64,000 nucleotides of DNA from Octopus sinensis (taxonomy: Eukaryota): the NCBI RefSeq assembly GCF_006345805.1, contig NC_043012.1, positions 21,514,001 through 21,578,000 of the forward strand, in the 5' to 3' direction. The translations under genes were made by a program, and so were the position numbers. Shown piece after piece: positions 25,530 to 39,495 of the stretch; position 1 is the stretch's first letter; each line of letters starts with the position of its first letter. The notes under the pieces are model-generated. The model ran no database searches, was not told where the DNA came from, and worked only from the letters and a program-made list of their open reading frames with translations.

Positions 25530-27041
25530 CACACACACACACGCGCATACACATACACACACATATCTCTGTGTGTGTCTTTTGTGTGTTGTGTTTATAC
25601 CCCACCACAGCTTGACAATTGCTGTTGGTTTGTTCACAGCCTCGTGACTTAGCAGACCAGCAAAAGACTAACAGAATAAGAACCAGAATTAATAAATATG
25701 TGGTGGGTGTGACTTATTCGACTAACCCTTCAAGGTGGGGGCCCCAGCATGGCCACAGTCCAATGAATGAAACAAGTAAAAGACAGAATGTGTAGAATGA
25801 TAAAGGTCTTGGTACATTTAGAAGAATTAGTAGTTAAGAATTAGTTAACTGGATCATTTTAATCTACTAGATTGATTTTAATAAACCATAAATTTTTCTC
25901 TCTTTCTGGCACATTTTGAAATACTAACAACCCTCAGGGGGTATGAGGGACCCATGTTGGTTTTTCTGCACCAGACCCATAGGAGGTAGACAAATTTCTA
26001 TTAATTCACAACCTACTTTCTAAAAACAGAGACAAACACATTGGATAATGATGTGAGAAGTGATACAGAATGATAAACTGTCAAAGGTGATTTGGCAAAA
26101 AGTCAAAATGAATGATGAAGTGATGTGTCTGTAGACAGCAAACCTATCCAACCCATTACAACAAAACTAAAAAAAAAGAAGAACATTATGATGACAACAA
26201 TGCTGATATATTGATTTCTGAAATGATGACTAAGACATTTTTTTATTCCTTGTTAAAGGAAAGTTTTAAATTGATTGTATGTTACTTGAACATTTATTTA
26301 ATTTATTCATTGACTAAAATTCTTTCTAATGTTGGCACAAGGCCAGCAATGTTGAGAGGAAGGGGTTAAGTCAATAACATCGACCCTATCCCCCGCCCCG
26401 GGTTCAACTGGTACTTTATTTTATTGACCCCCGAAAGGATGAAATGTAAAGTCAACCTCAGTGGTATTTGATCTCACAATGCAAAGAACTGGAAGAAATG
26501 CTACTCAGCATTTTGCCAACAGCATGGTAATGATTCTACCAGCTCACTGCCCTTTTATTGACTCTAGAATTATAAAAAAAGACAAGACCGACTTCAACAT
26601 GATTTGAACACAAAATGTTAAGGATCAGAATCAAATTCTGTAAGGCGTTTAATTGGGTATTATCATCACTGCTATCAGAAATATATTTCTTCAATAAAAC
26701 TTTGGTATTTAAACCAATCATATCCAGCCCTCTACCTGCTTTATGTTCAGACACAGTCCAGATTTGGCCTCTCATACCTACCCTACAACTGTCATTCTCA
26801 AAATAAATAATCACATCATCAAAAGCTTGAAGCTGCGAGATAACACAGGATGAATTGAAAACAATGTGAATAAATGGTTTCAAATTTTGCCACAAAGGCA
26901 GCCATTACATCAACCCCATTGTTCAACTGGTACTTAATTTAGCAAACCCAAAAGAATGAAAAGCAAAGTCGACCTCAGCAGAATTTGAACTCAGAACATA
27001 TTGGCAGACAAAATACCGCTAAGCATTTCGCCCGGCATGCA

Positions 27042-27872
27042 AACCCTGGTGGAACAAAATCCCATCATAACTGTTGAGGAAAACTAGCAGGGAAACTCAG
27101 ATTTGGTCGTTCAGCCATTCATCGGCACCTGCATGCCATCAGAAAAATCAGAAAATTAGGTCAATGGGTTCCTCACAAACTGTCTGAGTCTAATCAGGTG
27201 CAGAGAGTGAATGTGTACTCTTCTTTGCTGTCATGTCTCACGGATGAACCTTTTTTGGACTGAATAGCAACTGGTGATGAGAAATGGGTCCTCTATAGAC
27301 ATGTCAATCACCAAAGACAGTGGGCAAGGGCAGGAGAAACACCAGCACCCCAGGCTAAAGATGGTCTTCACCCACATAAGGTGTTGTTATCTGTTTGGTT
27401 GAATATGAAAGGTTTGGTCCACTTTGAACTTTCGTAAGTCAGTGCCAGAAGAAAAAGACCATCTTTGGTTTCAAGGTGAAAGGTGTTCTTCAATCAGGAT
27501 AATGCTTGGCCACATACAGTGAGGATGACATTCCAAAGACTGGAGCAGTTTGAATGGGAAATGATGCCCCATCTACCATATTCGCCAGACATTGCCTCAT
27601 CTGATTATTATTTATTCTGCAGTCTTCAAAATCATTTGGATGGAAAAAATAGGAATTCTGCAGACGAGGTCAGAACAGTACTGGAGGAGTATTTTTGTCA
27701 CAGACAAGGGAATTTTGGAAAAGGGACCTTGCAAGTTTACCAGATATGTGGAAGAGCATTGTAGAAAAATGAAGGAGAAAATATTTTAGATTAAAAAAGT
27801 ACTTTGTTTTATCTCAATTCCGAAAAATAAAAGAAGTATAAAAAAAACAGCATTATTTATGGGATGACCCAA
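27042..27872 (+). mobile_element. Mariner, 5'-truncated and decayed; same family as 2521-3805
   Basis: WVPHKL, FLD*IATGDEKW, QDNA, PYSPDIASSDY; TIR ...ttatgggatgacccaa|TA. Confidence 0.92.
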
Positions 27873-28538
27873 TAGTACCAGACTAAGATAAGTACCACAT
27901 TTAATATGATCGCCTAAGTCTCTTAAATGTGGTACCACAACATGGCATCCTTCTTAGTTATGTATGTAACAGCAGTGTTCTCATTCCTAAGTGACAAAAT
28001 ATAATTTCTTTTTATGGACCTATATGTCGCCGTGGTATGAATAACAACTGCAAACAGTACAAAACAGGTCAGAGTAAGAAACAAAGAAGAGAGAGAGAGA
28101 AAAGCACATTTTACAAAGAGACCAGTACAAGAAGTATAGAGAGTCTTGTCAATTAAAAACAGGTATTGAGTTTATAAGATATTTCTCTGAATGTTTAGAT
28201 TTGTTATATATTGATTGATTAGTAAAACAAAGGAATCTCTGCTGGTAAGCACCTGATAAAGTTTGGTCAACACCATCATCATCAGTATTTTAACACTCAC
28301 TTACCCTTGCTTGCAGGTGTCAGATGGAGTTATTGTGGCAGATTTTCTACGACTGAATGCCTATCCTGTCACCAACCCTCACCTCTTTCTAAGCAAGGTA
28401 ATATTTCCCCAAGGTGAGACAAATTCTTGCAAAACATTGTAAAGAACAACACTGCTTGTATGACAGTGACACTCATTTACAACTATAAAATGATATAAAG
28501 ACAAGCAGACACAAACACACACAGATAAATATATATAT

Positions 28539-28906
28539 ACTAGCACTATGACCCAGCATTGCTGGGTCATAGTGCTAGTGCATGCATATACAGCTGCGTG
28601 CTTGCCCACATACACGCGAGTACTGTCCAAATATCTGACCAATCACATACAGCTAGCTGGCATTCAATTGGCATATCAAGTTTCAGGCACTTTGATTGGG
28701 TTTTGAATAGAAAATTCAGAAAAAAGTCACTTCTATTGATTTTTTAATGGCTTTGTGGGGTGACTAGGGAAATGTAAAGACGTGCACGACCACCCTTGGA
28801 CAGTTTTGAATGACCATAGAAAGTGCAAGCCTTCTAACTGAAAAATTGTGGATTTGTATAAAGGATACACACAGACAGACATTTTGCCATTTATATAAAG
28901 AGAGAT
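28539..28906 (+). mobile_element. Helitron-like element beginning with a perfect 41-bp palindrome
   Basis: ACTAGCACTATGACCCAGCA-T-TGCTGGGTCATAGTGCTAGT; 3' end acagacagac...tttatataaagagagat. Confidence 0.55.
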
Positions 28907-29170
28907 AAATCAAAGGTAGGACAGAAAGAACAAAACAAGCGGAAATCCAACAAAATACAACATACGGAAAAATAGATGATAACAAACGAGAAACTGGACA
29001 AAAACAAGATACACGGGCCATTCACAGCTGATTTCCTTGTCAGTCAGTGTCCAGAAAGTTGTAGCAGTTTTGCGCTTTTTTACCCGAGACCACTCAAATC
29101 TGGAAAGCATCAGAGCATTAAGCTTCTGGGAAAAGCATATGAATGTATACAAAAACAAAAACAAGAATGA

Positions 29171-29213
<43 letters not shown>

Positions 29214-29974
29214 ATATGATAGGCTTCTTTCAGTTTCCATCTACCAAATCCAAGGGTTTGGTCAATCCAAAGCTATAGCAGCCACAGCAGAAGTCATTTG
29301 CCCAAAGTGTCACACAATGGAAATGAATCAAGAACCATGTGGTTAGAAGGCAAACTTCTTACTGTGCGGCCCCACATCTGCACATACAAGCATTCCAGCA
29401 GTTGCAACAACAAGGGTTCCAGTTGATCCAATCAACAGCCTGCTGGTGAAATTAACATGAGAGTGGCTGAGTACTCCACAGACATGCGTGCCCTTAATGT
29501 AGTGCTAAGGGAAATTCAGCATGACACACAATTTAACAAGACTGGCCCTTTGAAATACAGGTACAACTCATTTTTGCCAGATGACTGGACTGGAGCACTG
29601 TGGTCATGCTGGTGCCCTGCCCTGAAGGGTTAATCAATTATAGCAATCCAAATACCTGTTTTGAAGTGTGATACTTATCATATAGTTCTCTGTTTGTTGC
29701 ACTGTTAAGTTAAGGGACTTTTTCCTCTTTTTTTTTGCAAGCAATTTCAATGTTCCAACGGACATAGAGATTAACACATAGAAGCATACATGGGATGCCA
29801 GTCCATTGCAAGGTTACAAGTTAACAGCTGAGTAGAATGGGCCAGTGTGAAATTAACTGTTTTGCTCAAGAACACAATGCAGCTACTGATCTGAAACCAT
29901 GATCTTGCAATTCTGAGTGCAACACTCCTAATCATTAGGCCAGACACATCACCCGGCTCACCAATAATTGGTGG

Positions 29975-30175
29975 ACCCACGCAGTTGTCGAGTGGTGCCC
30001 GCGTGAGTGGAAACGACTACCCGGAAGACCTAAACAATGGTGGAATTATGATTTCAGGAGGACGATTGGGATCACGTGGATGAGAAAGGCACGATCCAGA
30101 GAGGAGTGGACAGTGTGCTGTGACCAGCGGTGTCAAATGGACGCCTGACGGACTGGTCGGTCAAGGTGATATATA
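29975..30175 (+). mobile_element. 3' end of a second RTE lineage
   Basis: THAVVEWCPREWKRLPGRPKQWWNYDFRRTIGITWMRKARSREEW...*; matches the RTE C-terminal pattern W.PR..KR..GRP..W...G..W.R.A..R..W. Confidence 0.75.
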
Positions 30176-30469
30176 CATCATCATCATCATCGTTTAACGT
30201 CCGTTCTCCATGCTAGCATGGGTTGGACGGTTCGACCGGGGATCTGGGAAGCCAGAAGGCTGCACCAGGCTCCAGTCTTATCTGGTAGTGTTTCTACAGC
30301 TGGATGCCCTTCCTAACGCCAACCACTCCGTGAGTGTAGTGGGTGCTTTTTACGTGCCACCTGCACAGGTGCCAGGCGAGGCTGGCAATGGCCACGGTCG
30401 GATTGGTGTATTTTATGTGCCACCGGCACGGAAGCCAGACGAGGCGGTGCTGGCATCGGCCACGAGTCG

Positions 30470-30695
<226 letters not shown>

Positions 30696-32317
30696 CAACT
30701 GATCAGCTGCAACCTTACACACACAGCATGTGTGTGTGTGCAGGTATGAGAGTGTATAGGCATATATGAGTGTGTCTATGTCAAGGTGTCAACCATCTAA
30801 ATACTAACTAGGTTTGATGTTGTTCAAAATCTGGTGATCAAGAGAGAAATAGTATTTCAACTTTGATAATTTAATAATTTATTTATCCCTTGACCAGGAG
30901 AAAAACTTGTGTGTAACCTTTTGAGTGGCCCTAAAACTAAAGGGAGGGAAGAAGAGATCAGGCCCAAATGCTTGCCTCAGTGTGGACTCAGCTAAAAGCA
31001 CTCAAGGTATCAGGTTGTGGTCTTAAACTAGGAGATAAATTAAGTCTACCAAACAAATAGACCATGGTGAGATTTGAACTCATAACACAAACAACCTGAA
31101 CAAATACCAGAAGGCATCATCAAATCTGGTATGCTGGTCCACTGCCCGAAAGCAGAGCTTTACTAATCAATGCAAGAAGAATGAAGGGTAAAGTTAACCT
31201 TGGCAAGATTTGAATAGTAAACACAAGGAATGGAAATGAAGAGTACAAAGCATTTTGTCTGGCATTCTAACAACAGCAGGGGTACAGTAAGTCTGCTTGA
31301 CCTCTATATATTACTGGTATTTGAAATGTAGGTACAAGCATAGCTGTATGGTTAAGAAGCTTGCATCCCAATCAAGTTACCCCTTGAGTTCAGTCCCACT
31401 GTGTAGCACCTTGGAAAAATGTCTTCTATTATAGCCTTGGGCTTAGAGAAGCCTTGTGAATGAATTTGGAAGACAGAAACTGATAGAAGCCCATTTTATA
31501 AGTAGACATAAACATATGTGGGTGTGCTTGTCTTAACATTATGTGATGGTTGTAAATGAACATCACTATCATACAAGTGATGTTTGTTTGTTTACTGTCT
31601 TCCATGCTTGAAAACAGATGAGGGCTGGTGACATGAAGAGCATTCAGCTGTAGAAAATCTGTCTCAACAAATTCCATCTGACACATGCAAGCAACAGTTG
31701 ACATTAGATGATGATGATGTCCTCAATCCCCAGAGGAACAAAGACAAGATAACATAAAAGAAAGTTTAAACAGTAGGAAGCCGTCTCAGGCAGCAAGTTA
31801 GATTTGACTCACTTGCAGATTGAGAACTTCTGTCATTTTATAATTACAACAGAAAATCATATGAACTAATTTTTACAGCTGAAACAATCTTAATAGCAAC
31901 TTGTCTGAAGCTGTCTCTCTTTCTATAACACAAAACTTAATGCTTTGGTGTTCATATTTTCAATTAAAACTTTGTCATAATTTTATTTCTGAATCCTTCT
32001 TTTATGTCCCGAACACCAACTCATTAATAGAAGTTAGTCATTTTACTAAATTCTTCCAGACTTGATTATTTTCGACATTAATGGAAAGCACATCGGCAGT
32101 GTATTTCATTAGCAATCTGGTTAGGAAGTTGTAAACAAGACAGACGTCTGTAACATAATGAAGAGACACTATTTACTAACAACTCAGGACACCTTTGAAC
32201 AGTGATCCTCAAGCACTGCACAGTAAGCAGTATCTAAAGTGCTCTGCAGATTTTGAAAAATATCATTTAACTCTTTCATTGCCATAGTTGACTTTTATTT
32301 ACACTGGACAGTATAAT

Positions 32318-32511
32318 ACTCTTTACTCTTTTACTCGTTTCAGTCATTTGACTGCGGCCATGCTGGAGCACCGCCTTTAGTCGAGCAAATCGACCCCGGG
32401 ACTTATTCTTTGTAAGCCAGTACTTATTCTATCGGTCTCTTTTGCCGAACCGCTAAGTGACGGGGACGTAAACACACCAGCATCGGTTGTCAAGCAATGC
32501 TAGGGGGACAA

Positions 32512-32580
<69 letters not shown>

Positions 32581-32746
32581 TAGATACGATGGGCTTCTTT
32601 CAGTTTCCATCTACCAAATCCACTCACAAGGCATTGGTCGGCCCGGGGCTATAGCAGAAGACACTTGCCCAAGATGCCACGCAGTGGGACTGAACCCGGA
32701 ACCATGTGGTTGGTTAGCAAGCTACTTACCACACAGCCACTCCTGC
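32318..32746 (-). mobile_element. SINE family A, full length and young
   Basis: Near-identical to 1147-1553; most CpGs retained. Confidence 0.87.
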
Positions 32747-33033
32747 TTACTTTTTCTGTATAAATTTACTAAAATCATTAAATGGTTAACCACTTTTTGA
32801 AGTCTGACGTTCCTTCTGGTAAACATGGTCCAGGCCATATTTTACATTGCTTGGAGTTTCTACCTATCGCAATGGAGCACCATTGACATACATAGGGATA
32901 TGGATATTCCTGACTGCAAAAAATGTAATGATATGGATAATCTTAATTGTATGTTTTTATTTCTGTCTGTTTATTACTAGGCACTATTTTAAGCTTGTCA
33001 TACTGTTCACGCCAATTTCGAACATTGGTTTTA

Positions 33034-33174
33034 TAAGGTTGTCCCAAAAGTTCGTAGAAAGTCTTGGAAAATAATGGTCTTTATTTTGAGGAATAATTTT
33101 TGCTGTTTTTGTTAGTACTTGGCGAGTAAAAATTCAATTTTCGCAAGTGTTTACGAACTTTTGGGACAACCTAA
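33034..33174. mobile_element. Short mariner-type MITE (141 bp) with TA TSD
   Basis: aggttgtcccaaaagttcgta / tacgaacttttgggacaacct. Confidence 0.85.
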
Positions 33175-33898
33175 TATTAACATTAAAATGCCTTCCAGCA
33201 GCTCTATTGCCACATTCAAATGCATATTCAACATATTTAATTTCTCCTTTGCAGTAAATGATTCATAATTTCTACCCATACTGACAATAACAGTAATGAC
33301 AAATGACAAATTTTAAAGTAAGCTTGATATTTTATAAGTGTAAAAGGGATTAAAATTTCAATAGTCCATACTACAGGTCCCGACAAGAATAAGCGGTAAA
33401 GAATTCTGTTTACATAATTAGTTTGATCGGTCACCTTCCTCTGTCGGTTGAATAAAGTGTCATCCAAGCTGATGTTTATTGGTAATTAAACTTAATTTGC
33501 AACACCTGTGCATATTTATCAGCTTTGTTTTCTGTTGATAATTCTTATCAACAACTTTTCCTATGATCATGATTTGAGAGACATACAGCAGTATGCTAAA
33601 GATCGGACATAATCTCTTGTGGGCAAGAAATGTAAAATAAAGTTTATTATAAACAACGTGATACCTGTTAAACAGAAATTATTTTTATTTAATGAAAATT
33701 TAATAAAATCTAATCATAAGTAAGTGAAATTATGCTAAATACAACTAAATTGAAAACCTTTTTCCCCCGACTATATCAGCAATTCTGAAAACTTTTGGGT
33801 GTGAATTTTACATGAGCAGAAGCTTGTTTTAACAAATTTTATCCTGAAAATCACCTGCGCAAATTACATAGGTGTGCAAATTACATGGGTTTTTATGG

Positions 33899-33931
<33 letters not shown>

Positions 33932-36900
33932 GCATGTATATATACATGTAGATGTCGGTACGTACATATATGTTTGTATGATTGCATATATTTTATTTAT
34001 TACACTATATATATATATATATGTAACACATACACACACAATAGGTTTCTTTCAGTTTCTGCTTACCACTTCCATTCCCATGGCTTTGGTCAGCCCAGGG
34101 CTGTAGTAGAAGACACTTGCATAAGGTGTCAGGCAGTGGAACTAAGACCAAAACTACATGGTCGGGAAGCAGACTTCCTACCACACCCATGCCTGTACCT
34201 ACAACTTTTAAAAGCTGGTTCTTATTTTATCTGAACTAAAAATGGTAGTTTGTGTGGCCCCTTAAGATCAATCAGGCAAACACAAGTCGTTACACAAAAT
34301 ATAAAAAGAGTTTGTATTCTTATGGAATGCTATCTATAACTATGGTTGAATCTAAGGGCAGAAAGTGTTCGATAATGACCATCATCATCATGGTCAAGAT
34401 AAAGCACTGCCAAAGGTATTATAAGTGGCCTTTCAAATTAATGGAGCACTTCCAACAGAAGACATGGAACTAAACTAGACTCCAACTTGCATACTGAAAT
34501 TCATAATCAACACTAAATTATTAATTTTTCCTGTCTAAAAACGTACAATTACTAGCATGGAACACTGCTGTTACTTTTCCTCCCTCTCTCTCTCTATTGG
34601 AAAAAAATACCATTAAGAATGGTATGATGCGACTTCAGGGAAATTTTGGTTGTTATTTCTATTTTTTCTTCAGGGATTACATAGGGCAAGGATAGGAAAT
34701 CTTGTTTATTAGTAGAACTTGAATGATTTTAATAGCATCTCGCCTAGGTTACCTCTGTTTCTGTAACACTACAGTATGTACGTATGTATGCATGTATGTA
34801 TATTATATGAATATGTTAAGTGGATAGGTTTCATCTACCACTTTCATTCAAAGAGCATTGGTCGGCCCAAGGCCATAATAGAAGACACTTGGCCAAAGAT
34901 ACTATACAGGTGGACTGAACCCAAGACTACATGGTTGTGAAGTGAACATCTTAACCACACAGCCATGCTTGCACCTGGATGACCAACAAGATTGGGATAC
35001 TGACCAAATGTTCAGAACTAAAACGGTAATTTTCTTTTTAATGTCAGTTTCTTAAAGCCCAGCAAGAGATTTAAACTTAGCACTGAAAGCTAATGAAACA
35101 GTCATCATCGTTATCACCATTCAATGTCCATCTTCCAAACTGGTAGAGGTCGGACAGTTCGATCAAATCCACAAAGCTGCATTGTGCTCCGTGTCAACTT
35201 TGACAAGGTTTCTATGGGTAGATGCCTTTCATAATGCCAACCACTTCACAATGTGTACTGGGTGTGGTTTTCATGCCACAGACACAAGAGGGGTTGTCGA
35301 GTACTTGCAAGAAAGGAAGGAACAAGCAAAAGGAGGAGGACCCTTCTCAATCAAACATGGGTGGTGGAGAGAATTTGAGAGGATGAAGAGGTCATTTTAT
35401 GCCAGAGATAAGCAGCATGGCTTCCCTGAATTTATATAAAGATCAAATAGAAATTGTAATTGTGATACCTGTGCCGGTGGCACGTAAAAAGCACCATCCA
35501 AACGTGGCCGATGCCAGCGCCGCCTTGACTGGCTTCTGTGCCGGTGGCATGTAAAAAGCACCAACCGATTGTGGCTGCTGCCAGCCTCCCCTGGCACCTG
35601 TGCCGGTGTCACGTAAAAAGCACCCACTACACTCACGGAGTTGTTGGCTTTAGGAAGAGCATCCAGCTGGAGAAAAACAGCCAGATCAGACTGGAGCCTG
35701 ATGCAGCCTCCTGGCTTCCCAGACCCCGGTCGAACCGTCCAACCCATGCTAGCATGGAAAACAGATGTTAAACGATGATGATGATGGGAAAGAGTATCTA
35801 GGAAAAAGACAAAATGGTAGTGGTGGGGTGCTAGAGTGAAACCCCCATTTATGAGACCTCATTCATACGGAGAAAAATAATGAACCTTTAGTAATACAAA
35901 TAATTGACAAGGCAGCATGTCGTCTATTTAGTGGCATTTTGTCCATGTTTACATTCTGAGTTCAAATTCCGCCGAGTTTGACTTTGCCTTTCATCCTTTT
36001 GGGGTCGATAAATACTGGGGGGTGGGGTCGATGTAATTGACTTACCAACTACTCAGAAATTACTAGCCTTGTGCCAAAATTCGAACCCATTATTACAAAC
36101 TCATAGTTTGGAAATATATTAGAATTACTGTATTGGTGTTAAGACTTTAAACTATTCTTTTCAAATGGGTTTTTCATATTCTCCTTCGGTAAGCAAGTTT
36201 GGCAGTTAGACTTGTGTACAGAGGGATTAACAATGTCCAGATGCAATGCTTCTCACACAGAAGAATGAAAGAATAAAATAACTACACATAGACTGTATGT
36301 GGCATTAATTTATAAATAGCTAAATATAACTACTAAATGAATATGGCACACTGGCTGTTTTCAAATGCCAATGTAGAAATATTATTGGGTTAATATTCTA
36401 TTCAAATGCTATGAAATACAATATTGAAAAGCTGAAGAGAATTATAGGACAGCAAGCAATCAAGTATGAGTGATTGATTAATTGAATATTGAAAATTTCG
36501 ACTATTTGATATAAAAAGTATCACCGAGATTATTATTTGGCCAGCTTTCATGAAGAGAGATTATTATTATTATTATTTAGCAAATTGAGAGGGGTCGGTG
36601 ACAGATGGCTACAACACAGACTTATAGAACAAATGCTAATGGTTTGTAATGATATATGTGTGTGTGTGTGCGTGCATAAGTCTGGGTATACGTGCATGTA
36701 TGTGTGCTTGTGTGTCTGTCTGTCTGTCTGTATGTATGTATGTATGTAACAACTGACGAGGAAGATACTTCAACATAAAAATCACCACCGACGATTTAGT
36801 AAATTAAATTACTTGAGTTTATTTTTTCATTACATACGCATACACAGCCATTAACAACTGCCTCAACATCCTTTATTTTATTATATTTTCACTAACTCGA

Positions 36901-38118
36901 CCTGTAAATTTCTCAAAGCTAACTCTGGGCTTGCCCGAATTCTGTCTCGACGTTAGATTTGAGTTACTGGTCCGGTATGAGCACTTAATTGTCATTTTCT
37001 AAACATTAACCTTTTCTATTATATGCCTATTTTGACGTATCTTATACTAATTATATGCGTGTGTGTGTACATACATACATACATACATACATACAATGTA
37101 CGTATAATGTTGTTGTTTTTTATTATACAAGGAAACGGTCGGCTGACGGCGTACGTACACTGTCCACGTTTTCTTTGTAAAAAAAGAATAAGTACTCTTT
37201 AAAAGAAATAACGAGTAATCTTTGAGTTTAATGTTGACTTGTTTTTATAAATGTTAACTTCACACGGAAACATCACGTTTACATTACGCCCTTGACAAGA
37301 ACATCACAACTTCTCCCAAATATTTGTTCGTACAGCAGTCAAACAGGAAATTCATCGGCCTCTTTGCTTCCTGAGTCAGAAGACGGACGGAATTTTGGGC
37401 AAATGCAAGAATGAACGATCCAGAGAATCGTAAATATAGATATAAAATCCAACCGTATCACAAGTGATCGATTTTTCGATTGCTTCTTTAAAAAAGGAAT
37501 AATAACTCTTGGCTAGTGTGAAGATTATATTAATATCGTCAGATTATTAAGGCCATCGTAGACAATGTCACGATTATTATTAGCGAGCTAAGAAAGGCCT
37601 TTTATACGTGGTCACTCAACTTGCTAGAAATGGCAGTCAGATTTCTCTCAAATCTCACCCTACTGTCTTTAAAAAGAATGTAGTACACCCTGAATAATGT
37701 AGTGTTAGTTACACTGTTTGAAGAAAGGATGAGTTGCCACGGTTGGAATAGCTCGAATATTGTTGAAAAACAAATGTTCGAGCTATTCCAAGGGTTAAAT
37801 AACAAACATATGACTATCATTATTACTATTATCGTTGTCAGTATTATCATATTAACTCAGGGGTCGACTTCGTCTTTCATTCTTCTCGGAGAGGGCGGGT
37901 GGAGAGTTAGATCAAAAACTAAGTACCAGTAATATCTTAATGTCGAGCGATATAATATAATTGGTGATGATAGTCTTGCTTCTGCAAACATTTCAGTCTT
38001 ATGCTAAGTCATAAACTAATTCATTATTATTATTATTATTATTACTCGTCATTAGTGGCAGTAGCTGTTTATTAAATACTAAATCATCAATCTCTAAAAT
38101 GACAAATCAAGAAAATTA

Positions 38119-38119
<1 letters not shown>

Positions 38120-38149
<30 letters not shown>

Positions 38150-38555
38150 TGTCATTTCATGTTGTTATTATGCAAGCCCTTGTGGCCAATAAAAGAATTA
38201 ATTATTATTATCATTATTTGTCATTTCCTGTTGTTTTTATGCAAGCCCTTTTGGCCAATAAAAGAATTAATTATTATTATTATTATTTGTCATTTCCTGT
38301 TGTTTTTTATGTAAGCCCTTTTGGCCAATAAAAGAATTAATTATTATCATTATTATTATTATTATTTGTCATTTCATGTTGTTATTATGCAAGCCCTTGT
38401 GGCCAATAAAAGAATTAATTATTATTATTATTATTATTATTATTTGTCATTTCATGTTGTTATTATGTAAGCCCTTGTGGCCAATAAAAGAATTAATTAT
38501 TATTATTATTATTATTATTTGTCATTTCATGGCCAAAAAAATAATTAATTATCAT
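38120..38555. repeat. Minisatellite: about 5.5 units of a ~52-bp core plus variable (ATT)n
   Basis: Core tttgtcatttc(a/c)tgttgtt(a/t)ttatg(c/t)aagccctt(g/t)tggccaataaaagaatta repeated in tandem. Confidence 0.95.
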
Positions 38556-38844
38556 TATTATTATTAATAACACATACACGCAGACAGACAGACTGGGGCT
38601 CTGTTGTTCCCTTTTCTTTCCTTTTGAGAGACACACCTATTTAGTTCTCTCCCAACATTTTTTTTTTTTCTCAGTTCAACATAAAAAAAATAAAAAAACG
38701 CTCCTCTCATCGAGGCCATCACGAGCTTATAGTAAATGTATGCGATCAGTTTGGTAGTTTTCTCAGTTATCATTATTATCATTATTATTATTATCATTAT
38801 TATTATTATTAATAAAAATCATAGAATTATGGCAGTAAGCTTAC

Positions 38845-38875
38845 CTGGACTACGCATGTTGTATTGGCTCTGCAT
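38845..38875 (-). CDS. UBE2J1: UBE2J1 coding exon 1 (31 nt, MQSQYNMRSP+G)
   Basis: ATG CAG AGC CAA TAC AAC ATG CGT AGT CCA G|gtaagc; resembles the vertebrate N-terminus METRYNLKSP; the phase-1 donor fits exon 2. Confidence 0.9.
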
Positions 38876-39170
38876 CGCGACGATGTATTTGTGAAGATTG
38901 CTCTTTGTTTCACTGTATTTCTTTCTTTTTTTGTTTTTTGGGGTTTTATTTGTTTCTTATCGGCTGTTAACAGTCGCTATGTGAAAGATTTAAGTAGGAA
39001 TCATTCATTAGACCATTTATCAGTGTCTAAAAAGTAGTGGCTTTTTGCTGAAAAAACTACGTGGCGATAACGTGGGGACTTGTGATAAATAGAACACAGA
39101 CGATACAGACGAAGCGACCAATGACGATGCCGCTTACAAACACCGTCCTTGGAATTCAGCCAATCAACTA
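38876..39170 (-). promoter_or_regulatory. Putative UBE2J1 5'UTR and proximal promoter
   Basis: CpG-containing unique DNA upstream of the ATG; two ACGTGG (CCACGT on minus) at 39059-39064 and 39070-39075; CCAAT at 39118-39122 and 39160-39164. TSS is not known. Confidence 0.5.
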
Positions 39171-39495
39171 AGCTCTCTTAATCGTCTACGAACGTTTGGT
39201 TATAAGTAAACCAGAGTTAACTCCCATGAGTATGTAATGACAATTTGTTCATAGAAGTCCTGCATTCACGGGCACTTTAACCGGTTGAGTGCACTTTGTT
39301 GTATAATACGACTAAAAAAGACACTTTCTTTATAAAGTGTCTTGGATGTAGACGTGGAATAAACAAACTACAGCTTAGGGCCTCAAAATAATTTATTTAT
39401 AGACATGTATGTTTTCAATTTTTGTGAGATCTTTAAGCGTAATTTTTTTTTTTTAATCATGAACCTCTATCTTTCATAGCTTAGATCCTCTATAA

